This document shows, in pieces, positions 55,371 to 64,000 of a stretch of DNA of 64,000 nt (positions within the stretch are counted from its first letter, which is position 1; each line of letters begins with the position of its first letter). Made by a program: the position numbers and the translations under genes. The notes beneath the pieces were generated by a model. The model ran no database searches, was not told the origin of the DNA, and worked only from the letters and a program-made list of their open reading frames with translations. Source of the DNA: Macrostomum lignano (taxonomy: Eukaryota); NCBI GenBank assembly GCA_002269645.1, contig NIVC01001295.1, positions 62,001 to 126,000 of the forward strand, given 5' to 3'.

Positions 55371-56124
55371 CTGAATACATTGATTTGAGCAATGACTAAC
55401 CTGCAAAGCCAGTACTATTGACAATGTTAACCGGCATTTATTCATAGGTTTGTTTAATACAGCATAAAAGTTAAACAAAGCCAACAATATCAAAACACGC
55501 GCATCGCAAGTTACTCAACTGAGGCGAGCATCAGCTGCTTACCCAAGGCTCATGTGAGCTCAGCTCGTTAAAACGTGCAGACCTCAGACGCAGTTATGGG
55601 TGGCAGGGCCGGCTGGTTGCAATGCGGGGTTATTTGACCGTGGCCGAATGGACAGCAAGGCGTATTTGGCTTCGTTTCTCGTTTGAAACTTTCAGCAGAA
55701 TCAATTCAAGGCCAAGCAATTAGCTACAGCGTGACCAACAACCCCTATTTAACCCCGCAACTGTTTTTCGTTTTCAAAGCCGCTCTGTCTGCCCCTGCCC
55801 TGCTGGGACTGCGGGCTGGCGGGGGGGCGGCGAGATGCACACCGACTAAGGGAAAGAAGGCTTTGCTAGCTGCACGGCTTTTCCAAATTGCAGGGTAGAG
55901 AGAGAGAGCGGGTGGCTTGGAGGCTCCTGCTCATGGAGCAGAGACAGAGTTGAGCTCAGCCACCCCGCTTTCAGTGCAGAGGGCTGTCAGCTCTTAAAAA
56001 AAAGACTCGAGAAAACAGCTATAGAAGTTTCCAGAATAACAAGCCGCGGCCTTAAAACTGACTCTATTTGAAATAAATTGAATCAGCAAAATTCAACAAA
56101 GCCTGCAAGCATCCGCTGGCAATC

Positions 56125-57059
56125 ATGAGACTCATTGTGCCAATAGTACTGCTGTTTGTGCTGGTTGCTGTGACCTGTGTCGGCGCTGAGCAAAGGTGAG
56201 GCTTCTGGTTCTTGCTTCTCGTGACGTGTGGTCGGCGCGGAGCTTGTCGTTATTACGTATTTTAAACGTAATAATAGTGGTGTCGCAGACCTTAAGAATT
56301 TGGTGGCAGACACTGAAGGACCGTGAGAGTTTGGTGGCGGACACTAGGACCGTGAGAGTTTGGTGGCAGACTTTGAAGGACCGTGAGAGTTTGGTGGCAG
56401 ACACCGAAGGACCGTGACAGTTTGGTGGCAGACCACTTAGGGAACATGAGAGTTTAGTGGCAGACACTGAAGGACCGTGAGAGTTTGGTGGCAGACACTG
56501 AAGGACCGTGAGAGTTTGGTGGCAGACACTGAAAAACCGTGAGAGTTTGGTGGCAGACACTGAAAAACCGTGTGAGAGTTTGGTGGCAGACACTGAAGAA
56601 CCGTGCGAGTTTGGTGGCAAACTTTGAAGGACCGTGAGAGTTTGGTGGCAGACACTGAAGAACCGTGAGAGTTTGGTGGCAGACACTGAAGGACCGTGGG
56701 AGTTTGGTGGCAGACACTGAAGGACCGTGAGAGTGGGTTCCTCAAGGATACAGGCAGTGCATGCACGATCCTGCATTGGTTTCCCCTCATTGGCTCGCAG
56801 GTGCAAGAAGCACGCGGACTGCCAGCGCTCGCACCACTGCACCCGAGTCGGCGGCAGCTTGGTGTGCCGCCAGCACTGCAAAATCTGCCGGGTCTGCTCG
56901 GGCTCCAGCGTGAGTCGCAGCGGAGAAGCCAGCGGCGGCAGCTACAGCTACTCCAGCAGCAGCGGGTCCTCGAGGAGCTGCGCAAGCTGCTCTAGCGAGT
57001 TCACCTGCGACCCGGACGGCTCCTGTGAGAAGCCGGAGCCGTGCGACGTGGATGTGTGA
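56125..57059 (+). CDS. Small secreted cysteine-rich protein (109 aa, 12 Cys in the mature part); exons 56125-56195 and 56801-57059
   Basis: Exon 1 encodes MRLIVPIVLLFVLVAVTCVGAEQ (signal peptide) with donor GTGAGG in phase 2. Acceptor cgcAG at 56800 joins in frame to RCKKHADCQRSHHCTRVGGSLVCRQHCKICRVC...CASCSSEFTCDPDGSCEKPEPCDVDV*. Confidence 0.75.
56300..56732. repeat. 31-bp intronic minisatellite (gagagtttggtggcagacactgaaggaccgt)n, about 14 copies
   Basis: Tandem units with no spacers. Confidence 0.9.
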
Positions 57060-57407
57060 GGAAAGCCGCCTGCCCTGGCGCTGAAATTTGACCTTGAAAA
57101 GTACTTTTACTACAGCTGGTGATCGGCCCTGCCCTCTAAGTTTGAGTAATAAGTTCACGATTTGCTCGAGATTTTAAAATCCCAAGCGGAAATGGGTTTC
57201 ATTCCTGCACTAACAATACTGTTTACAACCTTACATACCAATTATCCAAGCTGAGTATTCTAAATACAAAATTTTAAGTTTTAACACGGCTCATCTTTAA
57301 TAACTGCTTATTAGTTGCTTGTTTCATCATCTTCGTTTTAAAAAATGTTGAGAATCGAATAATATTAAGCCAAGCAGACAACAGCGTACAAGACTCGGGA
57401 GAGCACA

Positions 57408-57764
57408 CAGGGGCATCGCCATGGATTTTATGGTGAGGGGAGACAAAGCCAAGATTTCTACATGTACATGTACATGACTAAATTCCTATATGTACATTCT
57501 TTTCAGAATCGGTGTTTTCAGCGATCATTTTTGGCGCCGCAGGCACTCATTTTTGCGCCGCAGGCACTCATTTTGGCGCCGCAGGCACTCATTTTGGCGC
57601 CGCAGGCGCTCATGTTTTGTCACCCTGAAGCAAAGTTATTAATTTACATAGCAGATCAACATGTGGGGTAAGGGCGACAAAGCGTTGACATATCCCCCAT
57701 AACTTTTACTGGGGCGGGCATGTGCCCCCTGTCCCTGTCCCCCCCTCCGGTGGTGACGCCCCTG
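57408..57764. mobile_element. MITE, CAGGGG...CCCCTG family, with internal 20-bp tandem (gcgccgcaggcactcatttt)
   Basis: Ends CAGGGGCATCGCC / GGTGACGCCCCTG; internal sequence related to 22922-23257. Confidence 0.75.
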
Positions 57765-58449
57765 ACTCAGCACATTTACATGTATTCTACGTTCAGTTCA
57801 GTAGTAAGTTTTACAGAAGCATTTTAATGTACTTTAAATCTTTCACCCAGCTTAAACCCTCCAAACGCACCTTTCCACACCATTCACACTATACATCCGC
57901 CCTGTCCCAATTTCATTGCCTTTCTCGGAATTCCAGCCAAAAGCTGCCATGTACATTAGCCAATGTACATTACTGCTGAACCAATAACAAAATTGTTTAC
58001 GCCTGCAAGCTTAGGCTTTTAAACTTATCAAAGTAATTTCAGCTGCGTTTACTTTTACAAAATCTGCTCAAATATTCTTCCTTGCTACTGAACTGAAAGT
58101 AGAAAGCTGTTTTACTGAGTACGAGTAGTCATGCCTGAGTGGCCCATCTAGTTATTTTAGTATCCATCCAAAGATTTAAAATGAAAAATTTTACACCAAA
58201 TTTCTGTTGCTATTACTCAATAGTAGTATCAAGCGATAGTTTTTTCTATTCATGTAACATTAATGCCAGTTTAAAAAACAATACTAAATTTACTTTCGTC
58301 CGACTGACCGCAGCACCATTTCGTTACGAGAAATCTTTCTGAAAGAAGCATATCTTCTGCACCTACTGCTTCTTCAGTTCAAAAACAGATTCGTGGCTTT
58401 TTGCCAATTTACCGTCTTGGACCTCTGGCACCGTGAATGATCAAATAAG

Positions 58450-58800
58450 CGTACGTATCTGTGTGTGCTCTGGGCTCAGCGGGATGGGAATAACTGCCGC
58501 CTTGATCTGCCACTGTGATCACAGTCAGAGTGTGCGAATTAGCAGGCATTCTTGTGATCTCCTTTACCCCTGAGATTTTGGCCTGCCACCCCGGCAGAGT
58601 AAACTCTGTGCGCAGTAGACAGCTGGTCTCAAGCTAAGCAAGTACTCAGACTGAGGAATGCGCCCGTATCTACGAACAAGTCTCAGCTCAGTTGCACCTC
58701 GCATTTTCATCAAAGCCTGACTCTGCCCCGAGATGCCACTTGTGCCTTGAAAAGGCCAACTTCATCTTCTGCCTGCACCGCCCCCCTCCGCGCAGTGCCA
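58450..58800 (-). mobile_element. Possible highly decayed LTR-retrotransposon protease remnant
   Basis: Minus-strand LFVDTGAFLSL (DTG at 58662-58670) among stop codons. Confidence 0.3.
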
Positions 58801-59204
58801 CAAGTGTTTTTCACCTAAGTGAAGGTTGAATTTTGTCAACAGGGCTAACAAAACAGAAAACCGCTCGGACCCAGTGGCTTTTTGAGTAGCGAGTGCAGAG
58901 CTGCGGGCCACTAGAGATGGCCTTGTCAAACCATCTGCAGTGGGCCATGAAGTGGACTCGTGTACTTACCCAGTAAAACAAGCCGAATATTCATTTTAGA
59001 AACTGGGCGTCAAATTATTTCATAGCGCAATACTTCAGCAAGTTCAGCAAGATCATTTAGAAATAAGCGAAGGTGGTAAATCACGTACACATAGGATTGC
59101 AACAGTCTTTTTGAATCGAATGGTACTTTTACTGTAAAAACAGAGAGAGTTAACTGTATTGAAAGTAAAAGTAACAACAAGAAGCGCTCCATTAAGGTGC
59201 AGGG

Positions 59205-60735
59205 CAACTGTGTGTGCAAAACATGTGTACAACTGTGTTAAACTGTGTGTGAAATGGTGTGCAAATTTGTGCAACTGTATGCAAATGTGTGCAATTGTAT
59301 GCAAATGTTTGCAACTGTGTGTGCAACTGTGTGATACTGTTTGTGCAACTGTGTGATACTGTGTGTGCAACTGTGTGTGCAACTGTGTGTGCAACTGTGT
59401 GTGCAACTGTGTGTGCAACTGTGTGCAACTGTGTGTGCAACTGTGTGCAACTGTGTGTGCAACTGTGTGATGCTGTTTGTGCAACTGTGTTATACTGTGT
59501 GTGCAACTGTGTGTGCAACTGTCTGATACTGTGTGTGCAACTGTGTGATACTGTGTGCAACTGTGTGATGCTGTTTGTGCAACTGTGTGATACTGTGTGT
59601 GCAACTGTGTGTGCAACTGTGTGATACTGTGTGTGCAACTGTGTGTGCAACTGTGTGATACTGTGTGTGCAACTGTGTGTGCAACTGTGTGATACTGTGT
59701 GTGCAACTGTGTGATACTGTGTGTGCAACTGTGTGTGCAACTGTGTGATGCTGTTTGTGCAAATGTGCGATACTGTGTGTGCAACTGTGTGATACTGTTT
59801 GTGCAACTGTGTGATACTGTGTGTGCAACTGTGTGTGCAACTGTGTGATACTGTTTGTGCAACTGTGTGTGCAACTGTGTGCAACTGTGTGTGCAACTGT
59901 GTGATACTGTTTGTGAAACTGTGTGTGCAGCTGTGTGTGCAACTGTGTGATACTGTGTGTGCAGCTATGTGCAACTGTGTGTGCAACTGTGTGCAACTGT
60001 GTGATACTGTGTGAGCAACTGTGTGCAACTGTGTGTGCAGCTATGTGCAACTGTGTGTGCAACTGTGTGATACTGTGTGTGCAACTGTGTGATACTGTTT
60101 GTGCAACTGTGTGATACTGCGTGTGCAACTGTGTGGAACTGTGTGTGCAGCTATGTGCAACTGTGTGTGCAACTGTGTGCAACTGTGTGATACTGTGTGA
60201 GCAACTGTGTGCAACTGTGTGTGCAGCTATGTGCAACTGTGTGTGCAACTGTGTGATACTGTGTGTGCAACTGTGTGATACTGTTTGTGCAACTGTGTGA
60301 TACTGCGTGTGCAACTGTGTGGAACTGTGTGTGCAGCTATGTGCAACTGTGTGTGCAACTGTGTGCAACTGTGTGTGCAGCTATGTGCAACTGTGTGTGC
60401 AACTGTGTGCAACTGTGTGTGCAGCTATGTGCAACTGTGTGCAACTGTGTGTGCAGCTATGTGCAACTGTGTGCAACTGTGCGATACTGTTTGTGCAACT
60501 GTGTGCAACTGTGTGCAACTGTGCGATACTGTTTGTGCAACTGTGTGCAACTGTGTGTGCAGCTATGTGTAACTGTGTGTGCAACTGTGTGATACTGTGT
60601 GTGCAGCTATGTGCAACTGTGTGTGCAACTGTGTGATACTGTGTGTGCAGCTATGTGCAACTGTGTGTGCAACTGTGTGATACTGTGTGTGCAGCTATGT
60701 GCAACTGTGTGTGCAACTGTGCGCAACTGTTGGCT
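59205..60735. repeat. Low-complexity satellite of 10/12-bp units (tgtgcaactg / tgtgtgcaactg / tgtgatactg), ~1.5 kb
   Basis: Direct reading; source of the His/Thr and Cys/Val ORFs. Confidence 0.95.
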
Positions 60736-61530
60736 ACTGTGTGCAAATGTGGGCAAATGCGTGCTGTCGTGTATCTCTGTAGAACTTTGTGCTGGTGGTT
60801 AATTTTAATTAACCTAAGATGTCAGGTTGGGAAATTTTGGAAGATTATGGGACAGAGAAGTTGCAGAATCGCTGGAAGCGCGGGGATCCGAATCCCGACA
60901 AAGGACAATACGGTTACCTTTAGTTTGGAGAAAATTCTAGAAAAGGCTGGACTCTGCCTCTTCTCTGAAGCGTGTGCACGGTGGGTTTAACCTTAAAAGT
61001 TTATTGCAAACCAGCAGCGCATTCGGCACCAACGTGCCACGCGAGAACGAGCGACAGCAAACATTACCGACCGAAACAAGTTGAAGAGACCCGCGCTGAT
61101 GGGGCAAAGAAGTGCAGCGGCCCATTCAGCTAAAATAGGAAAGGAGAGAGAGACATAAAATGGAGAGAAGGCTGAAAGAAATTGCAATGAAAAATATCTC
61201 AAAAGTGCTGGCGCAATGAATGAAATAGAAGCTGCCGAACAGAAAAGAGAGGCGAAGGGTTGAGCCTTTCTTTCAAAGCTCGTTCAGGCAAACAATAGAC
61301 TCCGAGGGGCAAGCGATGGGGGACGCAGAGCTGGGCGCTGCCGCCCAGTTTGAGGGCGCACTGCGGCTTTCTGCTGTGCAGCTGCGGTCTGTGGCCCCCC
61401 CGCTCTGCCAACCTGCTCGCCCCCCCCCCTTGGCCCTCCACTCCCGCCTCCGCAGTACATAAATAAGGCGCCAGCAGGCCGCCGCCCTCCGCCCTGACCC
61501 GAGCCCACAGCCCGCCGCAGACAGGTCTCA

Positions 61531-62342
61531 ATGGGCAACGAGCAGAGCAGCTACTCGGGATACGGCGGCGGTGTGCGCGCCCCTCCGCGACCCATCCTGC
61601 GCCACTCAGCATCTGCCGACTCCGGGGTCCCCAGCCGGCACCGCGGCGGCGAGCAGCAGCAGCAGCAGCGGCGCAGCGTCGGCTTCCGCGACGCCACCGA
61701 AGACGCCATCCGCGGCGGCTACGGCGGGGCGGAGGCAGCGGCGCGGATGACGGCAGCGGCGGAGCAGCGGCGACAGGAGCCGGTCCAAGTCGACGTCGCA
61801 AGGACCGCGCCGCCCCGCCGCCTCCGCAGATTCAGCAGCAGCCGCGACTGCCGAAAATGGACGAGCGCACGCAGGAGGCGATCCGGACGCGGGCGCGGGA
61901 TATCGCCAGCAGCCGGCCGAGCTCCGATATCGACCAGCGGCTGTTGATGGACCCGAGGCGCCGCTTTGACATGACCAGCTTCAAGGTGGAGCTGGCTGAG
62001 GCCGCCGCCCGGGTCCGGGAGCGACAGCTCGCGCAGGGCAAGGGTGGCGACTCGGAGCCGGAGAGGCCGCGTCCGGTGCGCGCCCGGCCTGTCACCGTCG
62101 GCGAGTTTTCGACTGAGCCCTCGCCGAAATTCTTCGACCCGAGCAAAGAGGACCTGCCCTCGCCGATTGATGCTCCATCAGCTCCAGCATCGCCAGCTCC
62201 GCCACCCCCTCCGCCACCGCCACCTCCACCTCCGCCACCACCGCCTCAACCACAGTCGCAGACGCAGAAGGCGCCGCCGAAGCAGCCGCCTCCGCTTCTA
62301 AAAGAGACTCTAAGGCAGCAGCAGCAGCAGCAGCAGCATCAA

Positions 62343-62377
<35 letters not shown>

Positions 62378-64000
62378 GCAACAACAACAACCACAACGGC
62401 AGCAGCAGCAACAGCACCAGCAGCCGGTGCCGCCACCCCAGACGCGCCCCAAGCCGACGTCGACCGCCTTGAAGGAGGAGCTGAAGCAGGAGATTTTGCG
62501 CGAGCTGCTAGAGACGGTCTCCAATGATGCTGCAGCAACCGCAAATGCCGCGGCCGCGACAAAGCCAAACTCGTCAGAAAGCCAGCGATTGAGCCAAGAG
62601 GATCGGCTGCGCCTCATTGAAGAGATTCGACGCGAGGTGTTGCTTGAAGCTCAGCTTCAACAGCAGCAGCAGCAGCAGCAACAACAGCAGCAGTCGCAGC
62701 AGCAGTTTTTCAAAGCGTCCGAGGCCGCTGAGGCCGCTGCTGCTGCCGCCGCTGCCGCCGCGGCCCGGCGTCAGTTCGATGAGCAATCAGCGGCAGCCGC
62801 CGCAGCCTACCGCTTCGGCTACCAGCAGCAGCCTTTCCGCGCTCCGCCAATGCTGGGGATGCCGAGGGCGGCCTCCGACTACGACGTCTACTATGCGGGG
62901 CAGCAGCCGCTCTACCCGCCCCAGGTGCCGCCTCCGCCCTACCACGCTGGTGCGGGCGGCTACATTCACTACCCAGCCGCGCAGCCGCCTCATCCGCCGC
63001 CGCAGCCGGTCTTCTCTCAGCCTCCGCCTGTGGCCATGATGCAGCGCTATGGATTCACATCGCCCCCGCGGCCGTATCAGGTAAGCATCTGAGTAGCGTT
63101 AGAATGCAAGGCAGGCTAGTTTCGAGTCATGATAGTTGATCGCCTGCATTTCCGCAGTCGCAGTGGGAGCCAATCTATGCCTACGAGGACGATCCGCATG
63201 TGCGAAGTGGAGAAGAAGCCGAAGCGGAGCGGCTTCAGCAGGCCGGTTTCGATGGCCGGTTCCAGCAGCAGCAGCAACAGCAGCGCCGACAGCCTCAGTA
63301 CCGCCAGCAGCAGCAGAGGAGCAGCGGCGGCGGCGGCGGTGGCGGTGGATCCAAGCGGCGCTTCATCGCCGACAGCTGGAATCGGATGACCGGCAGTCTC
63401 AGCCGCGCCTTCAGCAGCGGAGGCGGCCGCGACGGCGGCGACGGAGTTCATCGACGCTCTTCAGTGCGCGAGTCGACCTTCCAGCAGCCGGGCGAGCCAT
63501 CCGACGAGGCCTTCGACTTTAGGGGCCGCACGGGCAGCCTGTACGATTTGTCAGGCGCAGAGATGCCGCGGGACGGTGGCCGCGCTAGCCCCGCTCCGGG
63601 GCGCGCCAAAGCAAGCCGATGGCGGCGCGGCAGCCGTGGCGGCGGCGACGTCAGCGGAGACGAGGAGGCGGACATCTGGCGGCACGTGGCTCGGGCCAGC
63701 CACGATGGCCTGCACACGCGGAACCCGGCCTTCTTCAGCAACCCGAATGACGATGCTGACGACGCCGAGTACGAGGAGGATGCCGAGGTGATCAGCGGTC
63801 GGCGAAGGCGCTTCGTGACGACAACGGAGACAACGGCGGAGGAGTCGGTGGCGGAGGAGCGGCGCACGGTTGTAAAACTACAGCAGCGGACGCGGCGAAT
63901 GCAGGCGGCAGCTGCAGAGGCCGCGGGCTCCGCATCAGCCGGAGGCTACCGAATCCCTCGGGCCGCGGCCGGCCTGGGCCCGGCGTTCCGAGAGCAGACG
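61531..64000 (+). CDS. Large low-complexity Gln/Pro/Ala/Gly-rich protein with N-terminal MGNEQS motif; exon 61531-63080 (one frameshift near 61726), intron 63081-63157, exon from 63158 open to the window end
   Basis: GC-rich coding-like sequence; the two ORFs join if one G is missing from the G run at 61726-61729. Donor GTAAGC; acceptor tttccgcAG. Second exon reads SQWEPIYAYEDDPH... with no stop for 281 codons. No domain recognised. Confidence 0.65.

Noticed and set aside
59053-60990. His/Thr-rich and Cys/Val-rich ORFs
   Set aside because: All are translations of the TGCAAC satellite.

Overview
Eukaryotic, transposon-rich genomic DNA. It has spliceosomal GT-AG introns, GC-rich CAG/poly-Ala coding exons, long microsatellites, and RTE, LOA, piggyBac, Ngaro-like and hAT elements. 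The style resembles a free-living flatworm such as Macrostomum; this is an inference, not a database result. Host genes I could reconstruct by hand: (1) a divergent pair of orphan genes at ~8.4-12.5 kb, one with a 15-aa Glu/Gln/His repeat and one 3-exon gene ending in an ankyrin-like repeat; (2) four tandem two-exon paralogues of a secreted signal peptide-PAN/Apple-linker-LamG/ConA-like protein (15.2, 21.6, 36.5, 45.8 kb, minus strand); (3) a 9-exon DIS3L2 gene (48264-53872, minus) with an in-frame TGA inside the RNB domain and a frame-preserving 4x41-bp insertion; (4) a spliced 109-aa secreted 12-Cys peptide (56125-57059) that the ORF track does not show as a unit; (5) a low-complexity Gln/Pro-rich gene with an N-terminal MGNEQS motif running off the window end. 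The best candidate for an undescribed system is the PAN-LamG array. Its exon-1 and exon-2 types occur in four combinations, copy 3 is a chimera best explained by unequal crossing-over, and divergence is concentrated in one patch of the LamG exon. The duplicated spacers contain both empty and filled sites of several insertions, so target-site duplications can be read directly. Several single-base frameshifts fall in homopolymers and may be assembly errors. No prokaryotic operons, rRNA genes, functional tRNA genes or CRISPR arrays were found.
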